From assembly GCA_026397405.1 (NCBI GenBank), contig JAPLUW010000001.1:407064-471063 (forward strand): a stretch of DNA of 64,000 nucleotides, written 5' to 3'. A model generated the notes under the pieces. The model was given only the letters and a program-made list of their open reading frames with translations. It was not told where the DNA came from and searched no databases. Shown piece after piece: positions 10,602 to 19,517 of the stretch (positions are counted from its first letter, which is position 1; each line of letters opens with the position of its first letter). Source of the DNA: Candidatus Adlerbacteria bacterium (GTDB taxonomy: Bacteria > Patescibacteriota > Minisyncoccia > Phycocordibacterales > SBAW01). The position numbers were made by a program, and so were the translations under genes.

Positions 10602-10664
10602 TTATCCACATGCATTAGTGTATCTTGTGTATTAATTACACAAAAAGTTGATACACTAGTGTAT
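10602..10664. promoter_or_regulatory. lexA promoter: DnaA box plus nested palindromes (candidate LexA operator)
   Basis: TTATCCACA 10602-10610; TTGTGTA-N5-TACACAA 10625-10643; ATACACTAGTGTAT 10651-10664 overlapping extended -10 TGnTACACT. Confidence 0.55.
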
Positions 10665-11330
10665 ATGTATATCCAAAACCTTTTAACGTTCAAGCAGCAA
10701 CGGGTGCTTAATGTGGTGCGGGAATATCTCCGGACAGAAAATATGTCCCCAACGCTCGAACAGCTTCGTGAAAGTTTGGGGTTTAGTTCGCTCCGCACGG
10801 TCACGCAATACTTGGACATTTTAGAGCGCAAAGGCTACATCGTCCGCCGCAAAAACGCCGCACGTAATATCGAACTGCGCAACGTCGACGGGGCGTGGGG
10901 GACAGTGAGCATTCCCGTTATAGCAAACGTTGGCTGCGACGATCTTTCGGTGTTTGCCCAGCAGGAGGTGGACGAATTTTTAGAAGTCGACAAGCGTATT
11001 GTTGAAGAGGAGGACGGCGACATTGTCGCGGTGCGGGCAATTGGCGACAGTATGAACGATGCAGGCATCAACACCGGCGACTACGTTCTTATCCGCTTTA
11101 CCGACCACGCAGAAACTGGCGACCGTGTGGCTGCCATTGTTAACGACATGGTCACAGTTAAACGGCTCGAAAAACGCGACGGCATGACAATACTCTGGCC
11201 CGAGTCGAAAGACCCTAAATTTAAGCCTATTATCCTTAAAGAAGACTTTAAAATTGCCGGCAAAGTGCTGTGCGTGATACCTGCCCCACAGATGGAGGTC
11301 ACCGAAGTGGTGCCCTTGCCCGAATGGTAG
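10665..11330 (+). CDS. lexA: LexA repressor (cleavage site atypical)
   Basis: LT.KQ..VL...SPT..Q winged HTH, L..KGYI.R; S24 catalytic GDSM and VTVKR. Confidence 0.88.
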   Translation: MYIQNLLTFKQQRVLNVVREYLRTENMSPTLEQLRESLGFSSLRTVTQYLDILERKGYIVRRKNAARNIELRNVDGAWGTVSIPVIANVGCDDLSVFAQQEVDEFLEVDKRIVEEEDGDIVAVRAIGDSMNDAGINTGDYVLIRFTDHAETGDRVAAIVNDMVTVKRLEKRDGMTILWPESKDPKFKPIILKEDFKIAGKVLCVIPAPQMEVTEVVPLPEW

Positions 11331-11445
11331 CTCTGGCCTAGCTTGGCCCAGGCCCTTTGACAAGAAAGCTCTTCTGTAGTAGGCTTACCCTTGTCTAGAA
11401 GACTAAGAAACGAGGTCGGGTTTCTAACAAGAAAAACAAAACAAT

Positions 11446-11643
11446 ATGACAGGAACAATCAAAACGCTTACGGACCGTGGATTCGGATTCATCTCTCGCG
11501 AAGGCGAGGCGAAGGATCTCTTTTTTCACTCCAAAGAGTTGCAGGGAGTAACTTTTGACGAACTTAAAGTTGGCGATGTAGTCAGCTTTGAAGTCGCTCA
11601 GGGTGAAAAAGGCCCAAGTGCTGTAAACGTATCTCGCGCCTAA
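11446..11643 (+). CDS. cold-shock protein
   Basis: RGFGFI (RNP1), LFFHS (RNP2), GEKGPSAVNV. Confidence 0.95.
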   Translation: MTGTIKTLTDRGFGFISREGEAKDLFFHSKELQGVTFDELKVGDVVSFEVAQGEKGPSAVNVSRA

Positions 11644-11663
11644 TGTAGGCGAGGGAAACCTCG

Positions 11664-11703
11664 ACAAAAGCCGCTCACGCTGTAAAGCTGGAGCGGCTTT
11701 TGT
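11664..11703 (+). terminator. intrinsic terminator
   Basis: ACAAAAGCCGCTC...GAGCGGCTTTTGT. Confidence 0.7.
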
Positions 11704-11728
11704 GCTGCCAAAAAGCTATACTGTCTGT

Positions 11729-12415
11729 ATGAAGGTGTGGATAAACCGAATATTCCTTGTTTTGTTTTCGGGCTTTATAGTGTGTGCTGGGATAATTGCC
11801 TATGCAGACATTGTTACAGCGCCGTTTATATATTCCGCAACAGAAACACCGCCACATGCAGAAGTTGCATTGGTGCTGGGCGCTTCTGTTTCATCAAGCG
11901 GGAAGCTTTCGGCAGTGATGGCAGAGCGTGCCGACAAGGCGGTCCAGCTGTACAAAGCAAAAACAGTAGAAAAAATTTTAGTAACAGGAGACAACAGTAC
12001 TCTTTCGTACGATGAGGTCTACCCAGTTGGAAAATATTTACTTATACAAGGAGTGCCTGAAGAAGATATATTCCTAGATTACGCAGGGTTTGACACCTAC
12101 AGCAGTATGTACCGCGCACGCGAAGTGTTTGACGTTACCTCGGTGGTTGTAGTTTCTCAAGCGTTCCATTTGCGCCGCGCTGTATTTATCGCGCGTTCGC
12201 TTGGGCTCGATGCCACCGGCATCGACGCATCCCGAGGAGAAAGATATGTGTGGTACACAATGCGCGAAATCCCTGCATCTATTAAAGCAGTTCTCGACCT
12301 GTGGTCGAAGCGGGTGCCAAAATATTTAGGTGTACAATTTCCAGTTGGGGGTGACGGCTCAACAACCTGGGTTGGGAGCAGTGCACAGATGATATATTTC
12401 CAAAATCAAAACTAA
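11729..12415 (+). CDS. SanA/YdcF (DUF218) family protein
   Basis: [35 protein letters not shown]. Confidence 0.88.
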   Translation: MKVWINRIFLVLFSGFIVCAGIIAYADIVTAPFIYSATETPPHAEVALVLGASVSSSGKLSAVMAERADKAVQLYKAKTVEKILVTGDNSTLSYDEVYPVGKYLLIQGVPEEDIFLDYAGFDTYSSMYRAREVFDVTSVVVVSQAFHLRRAVFIARSLGLDATGIDASRGERYVWYTMREIPASIKAVLDLWSKRVPKYLGVQFPVGGDGSTTWVGSSAQMIYFQNQN

Positions 12416-12417
12416 AT

Positions 12418-12795
12418 ATGAACGACGAAGAATTTAAACAAAAATTAACGGAAGAGCAGTACAAAGTGTTGCGCGAAAAGGGAACCGAAGCCCCGTTTTC
12501 GGGAAAATTTGTGCATGAAAAACGCGACGGCATGTACACCTGTGTAGCGTGCGGAAATGTGTTATTTGCTTCGGATACTAAGTTTGACTCAGGTACCGGG
12601 TGGCCGTCGTTTGCAGACGCCTTGCCTGGTTCCACAAAAATTATAGATGACACATCGCACGGCATGCACCGGCAGGAGGTAGTGTGTGCCAACTGCGGTT
12701 CGCATTTGGGGCACGTGTTTGACGATGGTCCGACCGGTACAGGTAAACGCTACTGTATCAACTCGGTGTGTCTTGACTTGGAGGAAAAAAAGTAA
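12418..12795 (+). CDS. msrB: peptide-methionine (R)-S-oxide reductase
   Basis: [30 protein letters not shown]. Confidence 0.96.
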   Translation: MNDEEFKQKLTEEQYKVLREKGTEAPFSGKFVHEKRDGMYTCVACGNVLFASDTKFDSGTGWPSFADALPGSTKIIDDTSHGMHRQEVVCANCGSHLGHVFDDGPTGTGKRYCINSVCLDLEEKK

Positions 12796-12842
12796 GGTAT
12801 ACTTTCTGATATACAAGTGTTTACGAAATAATTATATAAAAT

Positions 12843-13127
12843 ATGTCGAAAGTATTTAAATGGGTTATTGCGGTTGTTGTTATTGTGGTTCTTGGGCTCC
12901 TCGTCTGGAGAAGCGGGTGGCTCACGTCGGTTAAGCCCGGTATGCAAACAAACACGCAAGGCACTAAAGCTCCTGCTGCTCCAAAAAACGGCATGAGTGC
13001 GTCAAACGATGCCTCTGATGCAGCTCTTGTACAGGACAGTGCAGCAATAGACAGCCAAATGCAAGGCTATTCGACCGACTCTGCGGCTGTCGACTCGGGG
13101 CTTGGTGACAAGTCAATAGGCCAATAA
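12843..13127 (+). CDS. small membrane-anchored hypothetical protein
   Basis: N-terminal TM; similar to N-half of 8573 product. Confidence 0.7.
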   Translation: MSKVFKWVIAVVVIVVLGLLVWRSGWLTSVKPGMQTNTQGTKAPAAPKNGMSASNDASDAALVQDSAAIDSQMQGYSTDSAAVDSGLGDKSIGQ

Positions 13128-13163
13128 TTTCTATTATCATTAATACTTCGCATATATAATTCT

Positions 13164-13955
13164 ATGAAAAAAAATATTCTCGTAGCTCTTTCACTGCTCG
13201 GGTTTAGCGTTGCCCTTGCGCCTGTCCTTGCCTCTGCTGCAACAGCAGTAACCACAAGCGCGAATATTACAACACCAGTTGCAACAGTAACTATGAGCGC
13301 AAGTGCCATGGCAGCTGCTAAGGCGCGCGGCGACAAAGAGCTTGACCGCCGTATCGCTGCACTCACCGACGTAAATGCACGCATCCAAACCATGCAAAAG
13401 GTGACCGACGCGTTTAAGCAAAACTTGGCAACAAATATTCAAACACAGATAACAGGCTTCGCTGCTCTTAAATCAAAAATTCAAGCTGACACCGACGCAG
13501 GTGTGTTGAAAGCGGATGTTACGTCAATAACCCAGTCGTATCGCGTCTACGCGCTGATACTCCCACAGGTGCGCATTGCCGCCGCTGCCGACCGCGGAGT
13601 GCTCATTGCTGAAATGATGACAACGCTTGGTAACAAACTTGCGGCGCGTATCCAGGCTGCTGGCAAGGGTGGGGCTGATGTTACTGCCATGACAGCTTCT
13701 TTGAACGATCTTGGTGCAAAGATCTCTGACGCAAGTACTCAAGCACAAGCCTCTGTTTCGACAAGTGCAGCACTTACACCAGACCGTGGTGACAAAACAA
13801 AGATGGCATCAAATACTGCAACGCTAGCAAAAGCACGCGCTAACTTGGCTGCAGTAGAAAAAGACTTCCTGGCAGCACGTAAAGACATCGACAGTATTAT
13901 GAAAGGTCTTAAGGCTGCAGCAAGCGCAACTACAAACACGACAGTAAGTCACTAA
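13164..13955 (+). CDS. secreted alpha-helical/coiled-coil protein
   Basis: signal peptide MKKNILVALS; Ala-rich heptads. Confidence 0.75.
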   Translation: MKKNILVALSLLGFSVALAPVLASAATAVTTSANITTPVATVTMSASAMAAAKARGDKELDRRIAALTDVNARIQTMQKVTDAFKQNLATNIQTQITGFAALKSKIQADTDAGVLKADVTSITQSYRVYALILPQVRIAAAADRGVLIAEMMTTLGNKLAARIQAAGKGGADVTAMTASLNDLGAKISDASTQAQASVSTSAALTPDRGDKTKMASNTATLAKARANLAAVEKDFLAARKDIDSIMKGLKAAASATTNTTVSH

Positions 13956-13973
13956 CAGCTCAACTTTTACACA

Positions 13974-14693
13974 ATGGCACTTCTTATCGGTCTTGCAGCA
14001 TTTTGCTCAACACTGGTGGGAGGTGTTGTTGCGTTTAGGTTACGCGACCGCCTCCATTTAATTTTAGGTTTTAGTGCGGGGGCCGTTATCGCCGTTGCAT
14101 TCTTCGACCTAATACCCGAAGCGCTCGAACTCGGCGGCCAAAGTCACGAACTTAAAACAGTTGTGGCATTTGTGGCCCTCGGGTTTTTGTTGTATCTGCT
14201 GCTCGACAGGCTCTTGTTGTTGCACAGCGGCAGTCACGAAGACGGTGACGAACATACGCATGCGCGCGGGGCTTTGCGTGCGGGTTCGCTTTCGGTCCAC
14301 AGTTTTTTGGACGGCATTGGTATAGGTTTGGCATTCCAGGTTTCCCCGACAGTTGGTTTTATTGTTGCTGCGGCAGTGTTGACACACGATTTTTCTGACG
14401 GTATTAACACCGTCAATGTTGTGGTGCGCCATGGCGGCAAACGCTCGCAGGCACTACGTTGGTTAGTTGTCGACGCGCTTGCGCCTGTTGTTGGTATTAC
14501 GGCGACACTCTTTTTTACTGTTTCGCAAAGTATACTCGGATTGTTGCTGGCGATGTTTGCTGGGTTTTTTCTCTATATTGGTGCGTCTGACCTTATACCC
14601 GAAAGTCATCACGTACATCCAACCTTTTGGACAACGTTTATGACCCTTGTAGGCGCCCTCGTGCTCTACGTGGCAATTACTATCGCAGGCTAG
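13974..14693 (+). CDS. ZIP family metal transporter
   Basis: multi-TM; LIPEA, HSFLDG, HDFSDG, His-rich loop, SDLIPESH. Confidence 0.9.
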   Translation: MALLIGLAAFCSTLVGGVVAFRLRDRLHLILGFSAGAVIAVAFFDLIPEALELGGQSHELKTVVAFVALGFLLYLLLDRLLLLHSGSHEDGDEHTHARGALRAGSLSVHSFLDGIGIGLAFQVSPTVGFIVAAAVLTHDFSDGINTVNVVVRHGGKRSQALRWLVVDALAPVVGITATLFFTVSQSILGLLLAMFAGFFLYIGASDLIPESHHVHPTFWTTFMTLVGALVLYVAITIAG

Positions 14694-14804
14694 TGCGCCC
14701 GTAGAGAGGACTTGCATTTTTTTAAATTAGTGGTAAGATAGGTCCAGATTGGGCGTGGGCGCTATTTTATTTGAAGCCGTATTGTTAATTAAGCCTTATT
14801 CTAT

Positions 14805-15731
14805 ATGACATTTTCCCGTGCCGCTCTCGTCGCTGTAGTACTCGCACTCGCATCATATGCGGTGCCTTTTGTGTCTTCGGCCGACACCGCACCATATTCT
14901 GAAGTTGTAATAACAACCAGACTTGCTGCAGGTGTTTCAACCCCAATTGTCTCCCCAATTGTTACCGTTACTGCAACCGTACCGACCATGTACGGCGCTA
15001 CAAACAACGGCTCGTCACAGTTGTACTACCAGTCAAACTTTGCAAACGACACTCGGTATGTAACGTTTGTGCCGGGTAGTTACAATGTGTCTATAACAGA
15101 CTCAAACTATTATTTTACCTATTCTCCTGACTGTTCGGGTTTTACACCGCTTGGTGGTGCAATAAAAACCTGCACCGTTACGCTTTCAACAACACCACAA
15201 CTGAGCAATCCATGCACAGGTATTTGGTATGGGACAGCGGGGTGCCCAGCACCAATTGTGGCCTACGCAGGTGGCTCGTACGTGCCGACACACCTTTCCT
15301 GCACACCAAACTACCAGAGCATTGGCGCAGGACAGGCTGCAACTTTTACCGCAACAGGTGGCACACCTGGCGGGTATAATTGGTCCACTGCAGACCGCAC
15401 CTTCTTGAATGTTGGCGCGCAGCTCACAACCGTGTTCCAGACTATGGGCACACAAACGGTCAACGTTTCAAACGGTGTACAAAACGCAACCTGCACCGTC
15501 GCCATTAACTCAACCGGAGGTGCGATAACCTACAGTGGTAGTTCAAATGCTTCGGCAACAACGTACAGCGGTGCTGCGTCTGTCGTACAAAACTATGTCC
15601 CTGCATATCTGCCAAACACTGGCTTTGGCCCACAAAACGGGACAGTCTTTGCACTTATTGCAGTCTTGCTCATGAGCGCAGGAGTATTCTTCTTCCCGTA
15701 TGTCAGAAAAGCACTTGCTATTATCGGCTAG
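14805..15731 (+). CDS. secreted protein with LPNTG sortase sorting signal
   Basis: signal peptide; C-terminal LPNTG + hydrophobic helix + RK. Confidence 0.8.
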   Translation: MTFSRAALVAVVLALASYAVPFVSSADTAPYSEVVITTRLAAGVSTPIVSPIVTVTATVPTMYGATNNGSSQLYYQSNFANDTRYVTFVPGSYNVSITDSNYYFTYSPDCSGFTPLGGAIKTCTVTLSTTPQLSNPCTGIWYGTAGCPAPIVAYAGGSYVPTHLSCTPNYQSIGAGQAATFTATGGTPGGYNWSTADRTFLNVGAQLTTVFQTMGTQTVNVSNGVQNATCTVAINSTGGAITYSGSSNASATTYSGAASVVQNYVPAYLPNTGFGPQNGTVFALIAVLLMSAGVFFFPYVRKALAIIG

Positions 15732-16380
15732 CACAAGCGTAGTGCCGGTATCTCCACATACCTATACCCGACTGTTGTTCTCACTTGTGGGAGTAGCGGT
15801 TGTGCTTGTTGGTGCTGCTAACATACTTTCGCGTGTGGCTGGCACTACACTTGAGGGCAGTGCAGTACAGACTGCCTTTGCGCCAGCTGCGTCACTTTTG
15901 CTTTTGCCTGCAGGTGTTGCAACCACAACGCCGCTTACGCCGGCTCGTATAAAAATCCCAAGCATTGGTGTTGATGCTGTTGTTGAACATGTAGGGCGAA
16001 AAACCGACGGCTCTATGGCAACTCCGGCAGCGTTTGGAAATGTCGGATGGTACGAGCTTGGTGCACAGCCGGGGATGCCGGGCAACGCTGTTTTTGCTGG
16101 TCACGTAAACAATGCACTTACAAAGTCGGGAGTGTTCGAACATCTCTCCGATGTAAAAGTTGGCGACTATGTAACTGTTGCAGACGCTGCAGGCAAAACG
16201 CTTGTGTATGTTGTCACAGAAACCGACCAGTACCCGGCCGAACAAGCGCCCGCAACATCAATATTTTCACCAAATGGCCCAACACAACTTGTGCTTATTA
16301 CCTGTGACGGCGCGTGGGATGCCGCTGCACATTCCTACGATAAACGTTTTGTTGTCTACGCACGGCTCACCGCGCGTTAG
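15700..16380 (+). CDS. class F sortase
   Basis: PARIKIPSIGVDA, VGWY, GNAVFAGH, LITCDG, KRFVVYA (His/Cys/Arg triad). Confidence 0.9.
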   Translation: MSEKHLLLSASTSVVPVSPHTYTRLLFSLVGVAVVLVGAANILSRVAGTTLEGSAVQTAFAPAASLLLLPAGVATTTPLTPARIKIPSIGVDAVVEHVGRKTDGSMATPAAFGNVGWYELGAQPGMPGNAVFAGHVNNALTKSGVFEHLSDVKVGDYVTVADAAGKTLVYVVTETDQYPAEQAPATSIFSPNGPTQLVLITCDGAWDAAAHSYDKRFVVYARLTAR

Positions 16381-16531
16381 CAGGTAGGGGACTAGTCCAA
16401 TTGCGTTTTACACGGCACCATGTTTTACTAGGGTCGTTCGAGTAAGTTCTCCACTGGTCCCGGCGTTTGCGGAAAAGTTAGGAGGGTCGTCTTACGAGAC
16501 ACTTTGTTAATTAGTTTTGTAATCGTACACT

Positions 16532-16786
16532 ATGGCACGCAAATTGTTCATCGGTGGCCTTCCATACCGCACAACGGGAGATGAGCTCCGGGACGCGTTC
16601 GCGCAGGCTGGCGAAGTTGCTTCGGCATCTATCGTCACCGACCGCGAGACTGGTCGCTCACGCGGCTTTGGCTTCGTAGAAATGGCAGATGATATGGGTG
16701 CTGACGCAGCTATTGCTATGTGGAATGGCAAAGACTTCGGAGGCCGCATGCTCACCGTTTCTGACGCTCGCCCAAAAGCAGAGTAA
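16532..16786 (+). CDS. RRM-domain RNA-binding protein
   Basis: KLFIGGL (RNP2), RGFGFVEM (RNP1). Confidence 0.95.
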   Translation: MARKLFIGGLPYRTTGDELRDAFAQAGEVASASIVTDRETGRSRGFGFVEMADDMGADAAIAMWNGKDFGGRMLTVSDARPKAE

Positions 16787-16802
16787 TCTAACTTTGCTTT
16801 AG

Positions 16803-16834
16803 ACAAAAAACCTCCCGAGTGGGAGGTTTTTTGT
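16803..16834 (+). terminator. intrinsic terminator
   Basis: ACAAAAAACCTCCC GAGT GGGAGGTTTTTTGT. Confidence 0.85.
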
Positions 16835-16846
16835 TATTATGGGCGC

Positions 16847-17578
16847 GTGCTAAAAGAATTAAAAAAGTTTTATAAAATACAGGGCCGGCATGACTTACCG
16901 TGGCGGAAGACTCGCGACCCGTACAAAATTTTAGTGTCAGAATTGATGTTGCAACAAACACAAGTTGCCCGGGTGTTGCTAAAATACAAACAGTTTTTGA
17001 AAGTATTTCCTACGTTTAAGAGTTTGGCAGAAGCCCCACTTTCTAAAGTGCTAGGCGAGTGGCAAGGGCTTGGGTACAACCGCCGGGCAAAGTTTTTACA
17101 GCAAACTGCCAAAATAATTACCGAACAGTATAAAGGGAAGTTTCCAAAAGATATTTTAGAAATAGAGAAACTTCCTGGCATTGGCCCCTACACCGCGCGA
17201 GCTATTTCTACGTTTGCGTTTAATAACCTAGAAGTATTTATCGAAACAAACATCCGTACCGTTTTTACACACCACTACTTCTCGGAAAAAATATCAAGGT
17301 TAAACCTTGATACAAAGATTGCCGACACAGAGATAATGCCGCTTATAGAGCGCGATCTGAAGAAGTCTAAGATGGAGCCGCGTGATTTTTATGCGGCTTT
17401 GATGGACTACGGCTCGCACTTAAAAACTTCGGGTGTTCGTATCAACAGTAAAAGTAAACATTACACCAAGCAAAGTAAGTTCGAAGGCTCTACACGCCAA
17501 AAACGTGCAGCAAAATTGCGCCAACTCCTAGAAGCTGGCGCATCTGATGCTGAGTTAGCAAAACTCCTACACTCCTAA
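16847..17578 (+). CDS. mutY: A/G-specific adenine glycosylase-like (short, Fe-S-less MutY)
   Basis: RHDLPWR, SELMLQQTQV, WQGLGYNRRA, HhH LPGIGPYTA. Confidence 0.82.
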   Translation: MLKELKKFYKIQGRHDLPWRKTRDPYKILVSELMLQQTQVARVLLKYKQFLKVFPTFKSLAEAPLSKVLGEWQGLGYNRRAKFLQQTAKIITEQYKGKFPKDILEIEKLPGIGPYTARAISTFAFNNLEVFIETNIRTVFTHHYFSEKISRLNLDTKIADTEIMPLIERDLKKSKMEPRDFYAALMDYGSHLKTSGVRINSKSKHYTKQSKFEGSTRQKRAAKLRQLLEAGASDAELAKLLHS

Positions 17579-19480
17579 TACTACAGGTATTACGATAGGG
17601 CGTTTGTTGGTTTTTTCGAAGAGGAAGCGGGCCACGGCGTCGGTCACATTGTTTTTAACAAAGTCGAAGTTGACTGGGTTCATGCCCTTGGTTGTGTCTT
17701 CAATTGTTTTTTTAACTATAAGGCGAGTCTGGGAAAGCAGCTCCTGGTTTTCGCGTAGGTAGACAAAGCCGCGGGAAATAATGTCAGGACTTTTGCGCAA
17801 GCGGCCGTTCTTTGGGTTCACGGTTGCGATAATCACAAACATTCCTTCCTGTGCCAAAACACTTCTGTCGCGGATAACCACTTCCTGGATGTCGCCAATG
17901 GAGAAGCCGTCAACGAGGCGAAGTGAGTTTGGCGCCATTTCCTTCAAACGCACAAGGCTCTGGCCTTCGTCACGAATTTCGATAATGGTGCCGTTGTCTG
18001 GGACGATAACGTCTTCCTCGCGGCGGCCACAGGCCTTAGCAATTTCCGCATGGGTGCGGAGCATGTAGTGGTACCCGTGCATTGGCATAAAGAATTTCGG
18101 ATTTACACGCATGTGTATCCAAACAAGCTCGTCGCGGTTTGCGTGGCCCGATGCGTGGACGTCCATCGTTTTGCGGTGGATTATTTTTGCACCCTGGCGT
18201 GAAATATTGTCTTTTAGTTTTTGTACGGAACGTTCGTTACCAGGAATGATAGATGACGAAAGCAGCACAACGTCGCTTGGTTTTAGTTTTACGTTTTTAT
18301 GCGTCTTCATCGCGATGCGCATAAGTGCGGCAAATTCGTCGCCCTGTGCACCTGTCGCCAAAATGAGGATTTTATTGTCGGGAATACTTTCAAGTTCTCC
18401 GGGGCCAACGAATGTTTTTTCTGGCACTTTAAGCATGCCGAGTTGTTTAACGATGTCGATGTTAACTTTCATCGAGCGGCCTTCCACCAAAATAGACTTG
18501 CCGCAGTTCGCCGCAGTTTCAATGATATGGATTAAGCGTTCAAGCTGGGACGAGAACGTTCCAATGATAAGCCGCCCCTTGGTGGTCGAAATAATTTCTT
18601 CCATGTTTTTGCGCACCGTACGTTCTGGGATAGAAAAACCGGGCTCTTCGCAGTTGGTCGAGTCGGCCATTAGCATGAGCACGTTTTGGCCTTTAAATAT
18701 TTCCCACTCCTTTTCTTCTTCTTCCGTAGGGACACCGTTAACGTGGTCGAGCTTTAAGTCGCCCGTTGCAACTACCCAGCCGTGTGGAGTCTCGACAATA
18801 ATACCCATCGAGTCGGGGATAGTGTGTGTCACCGAGAAGAAGCGGATTTTTAATTTCCCTGCGCGGACAGTTTCGTTTTTTTCCACTTCGTGGATCGTTA
18901 GGGGTTTGAGGTTAGGAAATTCTTCCTGGCGCTTCTTTATCATTATCGACGTCAGCAAGCGTGTGTACACCTGTGGGTAGCCGATGCGGTCGATGATGTA
19001 GGGGATTGCGCCAATGTGGTCGAGGTGGCCGTGGGTGATAAACATGCCGCGGATCTTGTCTTGGCGGTCTTCCAAATATTTGGTGTTTGGCAAAATGTAG
19101 TCGATACCTGGAGTGCTGTCTTCGCGGAACTGGAAACCGCAGTCGACAATAATAATATCGTCGCCATATTCAATAGCGGTCATGTTGCGGCCGACTTCTT
19201 CAACGCCGCCAAGCGGGATAATGCGCACAACACCTGCCTCAAGCGGCGGGATATACGTATTTTCCCCAGCAAGAGGGGCGGGGGTGTTTGGGTCATGTTC
19301 TTTTATCTCGCGTGCAGGGTGCGCTTGGTGTGGCTTAGGGCCACCACGGCGGTTAAAGTCGTTTCGGCGGTTGCCTTTGCCGCCGCGGCCGCCGTGGGGT
19401 CCGCGAAACGGTTTTTTACCTTCTGTTTTTACTGCTGCGGTCGGTGCCCCACTTGCGCGGGGAGTGGTCTGTTCATCCAT
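17567..19480 (-). CDS. rnj: ribonuclease J
   Basis: LGGVEEVGRN, THGHLDHIG, HTIPD, DSTN, HASGH, HG..ML..H. Confidence 0.95.
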   Translation of the reverse strand: MDEQTTPRASGAPTAAVKTEGKKPFRGPHGGRGGKGNRRNDFNRRGGPKPHQAHPAREIKEHDPNTPAPLAGENTYIPPLEAGVVRIIPLGGVEEVGRNMTAIEYGDDIIIVDCGFQFREDSTPGIDYILPNTKYLEDRQDKIRGMFITHGHLDHIGAIPYIIDRIGYPQVYTRLLTSIMIKKRQEEFPNLKPLTIHEVEKNETVRAGKLKIRFFSVTHTIPDSMGIIVETPHGWVVATGDLKLDHVNGVPTEEEEKEWEIFKGQNVLMLMADSTNCEEPGFSIPERTVRKNMEEIISTTKGRLIIGTFSSQLERLIHIIETAANCGKSILVEGRSMKVNIDIVKQLGMLKVPEKTFVGPGELESIPDNKILILATGAQGDEFAALMRIAMKTHKNVKLKPSDVVLLSSSIIPGNERSVQKLKDNISRQGAKIIHRKTMDVHASGHANRDELVWIHMRVNPKFFMPMHGYHYMLRTHAEIAKACGRREEDVIVPDNGTIIEIRDEGQSLVRLKEMAPNSLRLVDGFSIGDIQEVVIRDRSVLAQEGMFVIIATVNPKNGRLRKSPDIISRGFVYLRENQELLSQTRLIVKKTIEDTTKGMNPVNFDFVKNNVTDAVARFLFEKTNKRPIVIPVVLGV

Positions 19481-19517
19481 ACAATACTGTTAGTTATTAA
19501 TTACTATGGTTATAAAA

